Positions 17,509 through 28,042 of a stretch of DNA of 48,689 nt are shown in pieces. Every line of letters starts with the position of its first letter. Positions within the stretch are counted from its first letter, which is position 1. Source of the DNA: Macrostomum lignano. Its lineage: Eukaryota. Location: contig NIVC01000039.1 of the NCBI GenBank assembly GCA_002269645.1, positions 1-48,689 of the forward strand, written 5' to 3'. A program made the position numbers and the translations under genes. A model generated the notes under the pieces. It saw nothing but the letters and a program-made list of their open reading frames with translations. It was not told where the DNA came from and did not search any database.

Positions 17509-19608
17509 CTACAAGTCGATGAACGAGTCTTTCGTGGTCTTCGGGTGGTACGGGTACGGCCGGAAGGAGCGAATCAGGACTGGCGCATTGCAGTCATCCG
17601 AGGCGCACTCTTGGCACTTGAAGCCGCTCTGCTTTCGGCGACCGGATTGACATTTGCCGCAGCCGCCGTTGTATTCCTGCCATTTTGCAGGGGAGGGGGA
17701 TGGAGGGGGAGACTGGTGAGGGAATGGAAGTTAGGGGAGTGAGATAGAGGGATAAGTGAGAGTGACAATGAGTGTGAGATGTAGTAAGCCAGAGTTGGAG
17801 GGAGAGATGGAGGGAGAAAGATGGAGGGAGAAAGTGACATGGCGAGGATGAGACGGAGGGAGATGGTGAGATAGAGGGAGAGGGAGTGAGATGGAAGGAG
17901 AGAGTGAGATTGAGAGATAAGTGAGAGTGAGAGAATGAGTGTCAGATAGAGTGAGCCACAGTTAAGATAGAAGAAAGAGTCAGATGGAAGGGGAGAGAGT
18001 GAGATGGAAGGAGAGAGAGTGAGATGGAAGGAGAGAGAGTGAGATGGAAGGAGAGAGAGTGAGATGGAAGGAGAGAGAGTGAGATGGAGGGAGAGGGTGA
18101 GATGGAGAGAGAGGGTAGATGGAGAGAGAGGGTGGGATGGAGGGAGAGGGTGAGATGGAGGGAGAGGGTGAGATGGAGGGAGAGGGTGAGATGGAGGGAG
18201 TTGGTGAGATGGAGGGAGATAGTGAGATGGAGGGAGAGGGTGAGATGGAGGGAGAGGGTGAGATGGAGGGAGATGGTGAGATGGAGGGAGATGGTGAGAT
18301 GGAGGGAGATGGTGAGATGGAGGGAGATGGTGAGATGGAGGGAGAGGGTGAGATGGAGGGAGATGGTGAGATGGAGGGAGAGGGTGAGATGGAGGGAGAG
18401 GGTGAGATGGAGGGAGAGGGTGAGATTGAGAAAAGGGAGTGAGAGACAAGAAGACGAGAGAGTGGCAGCGTGAGAGCATTGAAAAAGCCCTGCTTGGGTG
18501 AAGAGATAAGGAGAGTATAACGATGCAATAGATGCAGTTAGGAATTAAAAGTGAGTTTGAGTTTCTCAAAAAATCAAGGCGGGATGACTTGACAGCACAT
18601 GCATTAGAGTTTAAGAGCTTAAGCAAGTCTAATTCAGACTTGGAGATGACAGTGAGCAAAACTCACCATGTACACCAGCGGAATCACATCGTAGTTCTCG
18701 ATGCCTTTGTACCGATCGGCCATGTTGAAGTAGGAATTCTCGTCATCTCTGCCAATAGTCTTGGCGACCACCAAGAAGCACTTGTTCACACTTCCGTGAC
18801 ATTCCCGAGATCGAATCTTGCCGTGCTTCAGGACGCCTTTCAGATAGAAGGTGAGGCACTTCATCGAGCTTCCCCCGGCTGCGAGGAATCAGTGCAGTGA
18901 AGAGTGGCTTCAGTAGGGACCGTTGAAATATTACACACCCTGTCTGACTCTCCCTGACACCCTGTCTGACTCTCCCTCACACCCTGTCTGACTCTCCCTG
19001 ACACCCTGCCAGACTCTCCCTGACACCCTGCCAGACTCTCCCTGACACCCTGTCTGACTCTCCCTGACACCCTGCCAGACTCTCCCTGACACCCTGCCTG
19101 ACTCTCCCTGACACCCTGCCTGACTCTCTCTGACACCCTGCCTGACTCTCCCTGAGACCCTGTCTGACTCTCCCTGACACCCTGTCTGACTCTCCCTGAC
19201 ACCCTGCCTGACTCTCCCTGACACCCTGCCAGACTCTCCCTGACACCCTGCCAGACTCTCCCTGACACCCTGCCAGACTCTCCCTGACACCCTGCCTGAG
19301 TCTCCCTGAGACCCTGCCTGACTCTCATTGACTGACACCCTGTCTGACGGTCATTGTCTGACACCCTGCCTGAGTCTCCCTGAGACCCTGCCTGACTCTC
19401 ATTGACTGACACCCTGTCTGACGGTCATTGTCTGACACCCTGTCTGACTTTCATTGACAAATTGCTGTCGATCTTTCATGGACAGACGCTTTGTTTTGCC
19501 TGCCTCTGAAGTTTTTCAAACTCGATCATCTGTTACACGCTTATCGTAATTCTTACCGAATATGCTGCAGAATATTACGAGAGCCAGAGACCACTTGACA
19601 GTCAACAT
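17509..19608 (-). CDS. Secreted 8-cysteine three-finger (Ly6/uPAR-like) protein, 143 aa, 3 exons
   Basis: complement(join(17509..17676,18667..18878,19557..19608)); donors G|gtaaga and ATG|gtgagt, both acceptors cag, phases 1 and 0 match. Translation: MLTVKWSLALVIFCSIFAGGSSMKCLTFYLKGVLKHGKIRSRECHGSVNKCFLVVAKTIGRDDENSYFNMADRYKGIENYDVIPLVYMEYNGGCGKCQSGRRKQSGFKCQECASDDCNAPVLIRSFRPYPYHPKTTKDSFIDL. Signal peptide on its own exon; mature Cys at 25, 44, 51, 94, 97, 109, 112 and 117, ending in CN. Confidence 0.8.
17690..18460. repeat. Polypurine GA-rich minisatellite (18-bp GAGATGGAGGGAGAGGGT and 20-bp GAGATGGAAGGAGAGAGAGT units) in intron 2 of the three-finger gene
   Basis: Visible periodicity; generates the spurious PPSHPL, ISPSPS, RWRE and MEGEGE ORFs. 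Confidence 0.93.
18937..19450. repeat. 22-bp tandem minisatellite (CCCTGYCWGACTCTCCCTGACA) in intron 1 of the three-finger gene
   Basis: Unit recurs at 18961, 18983 and onward; explains ORFs 18861-19412, 18931-19338 and 18977-19246. Confidence 0.95.
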
Positions 19609-19854
19609 GTTGTCTGACTCTTTAATCTTTAGTATATTTAAGTTGTAATGAAGCTATATTTATTAACGCTAGTGTTTTAGATTTGGAGATAAGTATATTA
19701 AAAGCTACTGCAGCGTCTTCAGCAAATCGAATGCACTTAGTCTATGTACAAAGTTACGAGTTTCTAAACTAATGTTTGACCAAAATAACTTTAAAATAAA
19801 CTTTTCAGTTATTTAATTATCATTTTCATTTCATTTCATTGAGAGCCGTTTGAA

Positions 19855-20030
19855 TGCGCCATTCGAGGAGGGTGCCGTCTCATTTGAGGTGGGTTCCATC
19901 TCATTTGAGGTGGGTGGGTGCCATCTCATTTGAGGTGCGTGCCATCTCATTTGAGGTGTGTGCCATTTGAGGTGTGCCATTTGAGATGGATGCCATTTGA
20001 GGTGGGTGCCATTTGAGGTGGGTGCCATCT
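19855..20030. repeat. Degenerate 16-21-bp tandem repeat (CCAT[CTCAT]TTGAGGTGGGTG)
   Basis: Repeated CATTTGAGGT cores. Confidence 0.8.
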
Positions 20031-20609
20031 AAAGAAGGTGCTATGCTCCCTTATTATTGCAAACTCGAAAGCAGTCCGAAAACAACACTGGTAATTAAAA
20101 GGGCGTTTATTATTCATGCCCCATTTGAGGTGGTTAAAACAAAAAGTGCAAAATTTGAAACTTTATCAAAATCGAGGATATATTTATGCCAGTATGTACT
20201 CGTACATATTTAACCCTTTCTTCTCCACAATAGAGTTGTTAGAGTCAGGCTTAAAAACAAAAAAACTATTTAGAAATCATACCAGAATAAATCTATTAGC
20301 AAAATAATTAAAGCACTTTTCAAGAAGTTCATACAGCAAATATACATGTAGCTTTAAATCAAATAGATTAATAAAGTGCATATAGCTCGTACCAGTCTTC
20401 TATACACAGAACTTGAAATACGCTTGTTGAAAATTGAGCAGATCAAAATTGTGAATTGGGTATCCATGGCTGATCAAACATTCATGCATAAAATAAGCAT
20501 TACACTTCTAATGTTCTACTAACAGTGTTGTCCGAGTAAGTAGTCTACATGGACAACTAAAAATTAGTAAGACCGTGAAGCAAGATCGTGAAAATTTCAC
20601 CGTTTGTAT

Positions 20610-20860
20610 CATTGAATTCTAAGGTCCAAGATTGTATCTCTGAATAGTAACGTCCACGATTGTATCATTGAGTAGTAACGTCCACGATTGTACTCGTATG
20701 ATTGAATAGTAAGGTCCAAGATTGTATCACTGAAGGTCCACGATTGTATCATTGAAGGTCCACGATTGTATCACTGAAGGTCCACGATTGTATCATTGAA
20801 GGTCCACGATTGTATCATTGAAGGTCCACGCTTGTACCTCGTATCATTGAATAGTAAGGC
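20610..20860. repeat. ~21-bp tandem repeat (GTCCACGATTGTATCATTGAAG) with longer variants
   Basis: About ten GTCCA(C/A)GATTGTA cores in tandem. Confidence 0.85.
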
Positions 20861-21070
20861 CCATGGTTTATGAGTGTAGTGCCCTTCTACTTTAGTTGTC
20901 CATGCAATGCCACCTGTTTTAATACTTTCTGTAAGCACTGCTACAGTGGTTTATAGAATAAAGTGCAGAGGAATAAGTAAAATTCCAGCCAGTAGGCGGC
21001 TGTCACAGCTCTGTCATGCTGGTGTCGGTGGTTGTCATTCGTTGACGCCAGCGCTTCTCGCCCGTCTTCG

Positions 21071-24000
21071 CTAGCGACGAGCCCTTCTTGGTCTGCGACG
21101 CGGTCTCAGGGTCGGTGCCGTCGTCGTCGTTGTCTTTGTTTTTGTCCGCTGGTCCAGCCTCGACGCTCCGTTGGCTTCGCACTGGCAGATTTGGCAGGGG
21201 CTGCCCTGAGCGTCGTTGCCCTTCTCAGTGCTTTTCTCATCGCCTGTCAGCATGAAGCTGCCTTTAAATAGCAGCGCGTAGCAGATGCCGCTGAGGCCGC
21301 CGCCACAGGACGGCCCGGCGATGTAAACCTGAAACAATCCGTTTTTATTAAGCAAAAGTGAATTCGTCAAAAGGGAGTTCGAATGCGTCAGGCATGCAAT
21401 AAACCAACGATAGTGCTATATGGTTAGAAAAGCTACATGTTACTGGGGTACCGTAGAAAAAATGACTTCGAATTCGACTGAGTGACATAAGTCAGTTTAG
21501 TTTTACTACGTCTATGGAGAAATCCGATTCTGCAAGCTACAGAAATATCGCCACAGTGAGTGAATTTGACTGGTGAGATAGGTCAAGCAGTGCTTACGGC
21601 AAAAAGCAAAAAGGTGTCTTCAGATTCGACAAAATAAGTGAAGTGTCCCTACAGTCGGCTTGTATTTATGTCTCTTATGCCCCCCTCTCTTCCATCTCTG
21701 CCACTCTTGCAATCCTTAGACATGCCTTACATAAGTTTTCAATATCGAATGCATACGGACATATACACGGGTATATTGGACTAATTGACATGCTATACTT
21801 TGCGTCATAATGCCACAAACTTTATCATTTCGACTAGCGTTGATTTACTTGGGTAGCAATGTTCTTCAGTTGCGAGTTGATCTTTAAGATCCTGTACGAA
21901 TAATGATAGGGTTTTAAAACAGACACTTAGCTGGGAAAATGGGAAAATCTCTTTATACAAAATACACAGGGGTGATAGCATTTTCCGTGGCTATAGTCTT
22001 TCTCTAAAATCAAAGCCAGGACCATTGTATATAGCCACATTATATACAGTGGTCCTTGAATCAAAGTCGATCATGTTGAAAAAACAGCTCAGACAAAGCG
22101 TATAATAGCTTCAGACGACATGGTACTCTAAATGAATTAATAACAAATTGCCTGTTTTGCTATAAAATCTGAGTCTCACGTCACGACCCCACATTGGGGC
22201 GCTTTCATTAGGCCGAAATTTCACTTCGCCGAAAAGCACTCTCACTTGACCGAAACTTCACATTGCCGAAAAATCATTTTAGCAGCGTCCTTACTATGGT
22301 CGAAAGGGGATGTGAACTTAAGCCTCCAAAATGGAACCGCAAGCAGTGACGATTTCTCTGCACCATGCAGTTTCTTTATTTTGACCTAAGTGTTACTCTG
22401 CTACCAAAGTGGAAGCACGATATGGTCACTCAGTTTTTTGTATGGAATATTTTCGACATTTCTGACTTCTTTTAAGAGTGAACTCTGGTTGCTTATTATT
22501 TTCATTGCATTTTCTGTCTCAGTCGGATGGACTTTTAAGTTGTAGAGTGTGTTTGTATGTTTTCTATGGCTCCTTTGAAAGCATGCAGATTTGCCTAGAT
22601 TCCGATTCGTAGAATATGCATGGCTCTAAGATTCAGTTTAATGTTACCATGTTAGTTTCGGTCTAGTGAAGTTTCGGCCTTATGAAAGAGCGTGCTAGTC
22701 ATTTCGGCAAAGTGAAGTTGCGGCCTAGTGAAGTTTCGGCCTTGAGAAAGCCCCCCCCCCGCTGTCCCCCCCACATTAATTTGGGAAAATTGGGGTTGTC
22801 GTCACCAACCTCTGAGGGCCAACCCCCAAAAGGCACAGAGAAGAGAATGTACATGCCTGACCATTAGAAATTCAAGGTCGCGGTACACCCTGTGTGAGCG
22901 TGTGCATGAGTGCGGGCCTGTGTACAGAATTAGCGCTATTGAATTCGCTTAGGAGTCAACGGAATGGGCAGAATTGCCTCACCGCTGGGTGTGGGACGAT
23001 GTCGCTGAAGGCGTTGTGCCAGGGTGGCCGCAACAACCCTCGGGCAAACTTTTGTTGAAATTTTAACATACTCCACACGCTGCAGTAGTTCTAGAATGAA
23101 CAGCCATGCACGTACCCAAAGCTGATCGTACCGACCGCTGGCAACGGCTGGCCCCAGCGTCCTGATTGGGTTCATGCTTGAGCCTGACAACACTGCCTGT
23201 AGTGGAAAGTGATTAATAAATAAACGATCGTAGAATATTTTCGTTGTACAGTTGTACTGGCTGTTTAGCTGGGAACATTACTCAACGTAAAGGTCAACGC
23301 AAAGTATAGCTTTTCTGATATTATCATGAAAGAGAATTTGATGAGTGTGGTCCTAGATGAACCACCATTCACGTGGGTTGTTGAATGGCGCATGGCCCAT
23401 CTGTCTTGACCCTATGGTGCGCTGCACAAGAAACACAAGAGGCCGGTTTTGAAACTTAATGAACGAGTAAACAATAAACAGGATTCAGTCCTGGTCTAGC
23501 ATATTCTCCACGATCCTTGTCCTGGAGCTGAACTTGCGCGCTCATGGCAGTGACAAATGTGAGCGTTGCTTCCATCCTTTCTTCCTGCGTCACTCATGGC
23601 TAGAAAAAACTTTCGAATAAACTATTGTGCGACTCCCTACAACCCGACAAATTCCTCAATCAATCAATTTTTGACGGTAGTTTGCTCTCGTCAATAATTT
23701 TTAGGGTTTACCAGACTAGAGAGCCGTAGTGAACCAAATGGATGCGGCGACAGACTTCGCGACCACAAAGAAATGAAATTACAGCTTTGACCCTTCTGCG
23801 TATTTTTGTTTGGACTAAATTCAATACATGAAAAAGGCAGAAAGAAGCTATTGGTAAAGTAGTAAGTACCCTTTGATCCATAATGTCCATGAAATGCTAC
23901 AGAACGATGCTCAGTGAAGCTATTTGCCATCGAGACCAATGCGCTCACCCCGGCGAAGATGCAGCAGCTGACTTGCAGTCCGGCAGCCAGCGACATGGAG

Positions 24001-24305
24001 CCTGTCTGGTCAAATCGCAGACGGTCTGTGCATGCTATCACCGGTAGAACCATCGCGAAGGTGAGCACCAGCTCCATGCCGAACGCTTGCGCCGGGTGCG
24101 TCAGCGTGGGATTGAACGAATTAATTCCGAATGAGGTAACGTTGTGCAGCTGGAACGGAGTCAGCAACTTCAGCAGCAGTGCGCCGGCAACGCCACCAGT
24201 GCACTGCATGGGTATGTACAGCAGAGTGCGGATCAGCGACACATTGCCTGCGGGGCGAAAATCGCGTGACAGGTCTATCTGTCTATCTATCTATCTATCT
24301 ATCTG

Positions 24306-24340
<35 letters not shown>

Positions 24341-24680
24341 GTCTATCTATCCATCTATCTATATATGGCTCACCTGAGACAAAAAAGCCCAGTGTAAGCG
24401 CCGGGTTGATGTGGGCCCCGCTGATGTGTCCCAGGCTCCAAACAACGCACGCTACAATCAGGCCTGAGGTGAACCCGGCCCGCAGCACCTTGGCGTCAAC
24501 CGAGAAGCATTCGCTGCCATCGGGACTGATGGGGAAGTCGATGTTGGGCGCGCAGCAGAAGAACACCAGCAGCAAGGAGCCAACGCACTCTGCTAGGCAG
24601 GCCCGCCACAGGCCGCGAGACCGCAGATCGCGACTCGAGCTGCTGACCATCCGTCTCAGGAGGCGGCTGGCAGCCGTCAT
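21071..24680 (-). CDS. Aquaporin / major intrinsic protein, 314 aa as assembled, 4 exons
   Basis: complement(join(21071..21328,23116..23196,23949..24247,24374..24680)); GT-AG introns with phases 1,0,0 and an 81-bp exon 3, matching the classical aquaporin gene structure. Motifs: RACLAECVGS, GHISGAHINPA, AFGMELVLTF, SGSSMNPIRTLGPA, LWVYIAGP. The true C-terminus may be in another frame (see findings). Confidence 0.95.
22199..22751. mobile_element. MITE-like element in aquaporin intron 3
   Basis: GCGCTTTCATTAGGCCGAAATTTCACT (22199-22225) is inverted at 22665-22691 (24/27 match) and again at 22727-22751 (21/25); multiple subterminal CCGAAA motifs. No TSD identified. Confidence 0.55.
24274..24362. 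repeat. (ATCT)n microsatellite filling most of aquaporin intron 1
   Basis: Visible TCTA/TCTG run. Confidence 0.97.
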
Positions 24681-27599
24681 GCGGAAACGAAGAAGTCCGG
24701 ACCGTCTCTTACCGCGTACCGAGGCTGCCTGTCCGGTCCCTCTTCGAGTTAGAAGAGGCTTAATGGCGTTCCGAATGCAATCTACGGCCGAATAAATAGC
24801 AATGCAGAAGCCTGTTCTGGGGCTTGCAGTACAGCTGCTAGCTATATGGAGAAGCGCAATGGAATACGGCTGCCTTGGCGTTTGTTTAAGTTATAAAAAA
24901 CGGTGTCTCAGAGTATACTAGAATGGCAAGTTTACAATCGCTACTCAGCTAATTTATTGGCCAATAAAAGTGCCAGCTTTGGTCTCTTACTGCGCTGAGA
25001 TCTCCCTCTTGTTTTTCATTTTAGCTGACGACAAAAAAATGAAATCAAATTAAAGACTAGCTAACTTAATATTGTCCACCGTAGCGGCTCAGAATGCTTT
25101 ACGCTCGTACTATAAATAATTTTATGGTAATGCAACAGGTTGAGACTTGTGGTCGGTTAATATAGACCCCACGACTGTTAATTGTTGAAAGGAAAAAAGG
25201 CATTAACTTGTTGCTATATATACCTGCTATATGACCTGCTTTGGTTGCAGTAAGTTGTCTCGTTAACAGTTATTATCTGACTGAGCTATTTGTTGGCTCT
25301 TTAGCTGCATGTCATGTCAAAGCGATACCAATTTTTTTGAGTTTGGAAGATACTGAAAAACTAGATCCTATTGCTGTTAGGAAAACTCCCCAGTAGATTT
25401 TACGCTCTGCTCACTGTTCACTGTGCATATCACTCGCGACAGCATACAGTTGTGGCTTATCACTGACCGGGGCGAGTCAATATTGTTCGGAATTTTGCGT
25501 CAATCAATTTCGATTTTGACACCCATCAAACTTCTTAAGTCCACGCAAAGGAGATTGCACTTTTAATTCTTATCGCAAATGTGCATGTTAGGTATCTTAG
25601 TAGCATGTCATATAAACGTGATAGCCTGTATAGGTAGATAGCATTTAACTGCACTGAGTACTTTATCAGTAGTCACTTGCTGTCCCTTAAAGACTGCTAA
25701 ACAGGCCTGAGGTGCCAAGCTCGATCAAATTTTCGGAGTGAATGGACACAATTGCAAAACCTTTACGAGCCGTAAAATGCATAACAGTTTTTTTCCGCAA
25801 GTCGTAACTTTTAAAGACACCCGTCATTGGGAATGCAAGCTGGCTTCTAAAGAAGACAGGCAAGACATAAATAACTGATTTATTTTTCTATTCCACGTCG
25901 AGTCTTGTCAGCTAATCTAAATAGTTATTTAATTATTGTTGGATAATAATATTGACAATTGTGACGTTGCCAGTTTGAGGTGGTCCCGAAAAGGGCCGTT
26001 GGACTACTGTTTCTCTATAGTTTCAACCCTTCAGTTTCACCGTTTCAACTAAACTTTTCCATTTGTTTATTGCGACGTTTACTTGTAGTAGTGCCCCACG
26101 ATTTTGTGGCAATTTCTAATTCACTGTATATTTTGCTATCCTCTCTCGCGACCGTATAAAATTGGCACGATCGATAATTTTAAGTTCTCTCGCCAGCCAA
26201 TGAAAACCACTCGTGCTTCGCGCTACCCCCCTCTGCGCTCCTTTATTAAACCCCCCGCCTGGCGGCGGCACTCCTCACTCCCGTCCTTATCTGTGCTTCT
26301 CTCTTCCTCCCGGCCTGTCCTCGGCCTTGTTTTCCTTCTCTCTGTCTGGACCAGCCTGTTTACGCTGCCTGCCACTGTCTGCCACGGCTAACGCCAATCT
26401 CACCACTACGCATCTGCCACTGTTGTGCTCATCGCCGTTACTCACCACGTTGCATCGTCTTGCATCACTCGCCTACCACTCAACTACAATACAATCTCTA
26501 ACTCACCTTCAATTCAAAACCATTGTTGCAGCCGCCAGTGCCCCAAAAGCGCAATAAGTTCTATATTGATATTAACCGCATCGAATATTGATCTCAACAA
26601 TAATAACCAACTACGGCCAGTTTCCGGCCTTGTATGCCAAGTGCTCCGCTACGCAAATCCGCTATCAAGACTTGACTCGATTCATTTGGGACTAAAACGG
26701 CCCTTTTAAGGGTCACGGACAACATCAAATAACGTGACACAATAATTGCAGGTTGCAGAAGGGCTATGGGCGACATCGTCCGCATACCTTGACAAATAAC
26801 TAAGCGTTTCGTATGAGCCCCTATTTTCAATTAGATGGCATCTATACGTACATGTACGATCGCAGTCTACAGCGTGTGATATGACAGAGTAGTCGTGTTC
26901 AAGATACAAGCGTAGTCGAAAATCGTAATTATAATCATGATCGTTACTATTAAAAAGCAATCACTTGATTTTATAATCAATAATTAATGATTATAACTCC
27001 GGAGGACACAATTATTTCTCAATATATAAGATACAGTAGAAGTGATTATTAAAATTAAATATTTTCCATCTTGGTGATGTACATGTACAAGTAGCATGAC
27101 ACTAAAAGCTACTGCGTTGACAATCGGATGGCTCGGCCTATCGGACTTCTTTTAGAATAACGATGCGGTGCAGTTGAGAGCACTGGAAGAACTAATAAAC
27201 TCGACCGGCCGCTTTGGAGTAGAGCAAAACAGCTGTTTGTCTGCAACAATCTTATCATAGAAGGCAATTACACGAAAAGTAAAAAAACACGTACATGTAC
27301 ATGTACAACACGCGATTTGTTATTCTGTGTGGGCCACAACATAACAGTTAAGGTTGTGCGTGCAAGCAGTCAGTCAGGGTGCAGAGGACGAATGAATAAA
27401 TTTGGCGACTGTACTCTTCGACAACTTTAGTAGCCCACATGACTATATAAAAAAGTAGAAAATGCGGAATATATAACTAGTGACTATTCAAGGTTCAGCA
27501 GGAAGCAAAAAAGCGGTAATTGCATGTGCAAGCTAGGGGACCTAGCTGTAGGATTTCTAGGGCAAATATTATATTTTGGCTCCCTTTCGTTAACTAGTT

Positions 27600-28042
27600 T
27601 GATGGGTTTCGACCTTTCGGCCCCCTTGTGGGGAAGCCTTCGGGCCTCAGGTCTCAGAAATAAATCAATTAGAGTCCTGGCCCCCCCCCACTCCTGTCAG
27701 ATGGTCAGCCCCATGGTAGCTTGATCGTGTGGCGAGCAGTCTAGGTCCTATAGCTAAGAGAGGGACAGCGAGAGACAAGCAGGGAGAATTTTGAAGGTAG
27801 AAATTAGTTAATCCGCAGATTAGCTTACTCGCTGCCACCAGCCCGTACGTCCTGGCTCACCACACCGGGACTCTCGAAATCGGGCTTCCGACTAGAAGGG
27901 GCTTTGCACTTACCTGCCAACTAGTGTCTTTTTGCTGTCAATCTCGAAGAAACTGCTGGGACTAGATCGCATTGGCCATGCAGGTACAGAGGGGACTTGT
28001 GCAGGGGATTCTTGCTGTGGCGAAACTATGGGGTAGCTACAT
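27600..28042 (-). repeat. Dispersed ~450-bp repeat, copy 1 (inverted relative to 40749-41205)
   Basis: The reverse complement aligns along its whole length with 40749-41205, apart from scattered substitutions and one ~19-bp indel. Confidence 0.92.

Noticed and set aside
17574-18659. Long ORFs of 361, 182, 129 and 107 aa
   Set aside because: They are translations of the GA-rich minisatellite in an intron of the three-finger gene.
22209-22224. Similarity of the MITE motif TAGGCCGAAATTTCAC to the satellite B monomer TATGGCCGAATTTAAC
   Set aside because: Too short to distinguish from chance.
23914-24795. 293-aa plus-strand ORF
   Set aside because: Antisense shadow of aquaporin exons 1-2, running through the (ATCT)n intron; no recognisable motif.
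27600-27670. Hammerhead-ribozyme-like GGCC-GAAA-GGTC-GAAAC at the outer end of the 450-bp repeat (also about 41170-41205)
   Set aside because: Stem II plus GAAAC is present, but the CUGANGA core is absent (ACAAGGG or CTAACAA instead) and I could not pair stems I and III; at most a decayed relic.
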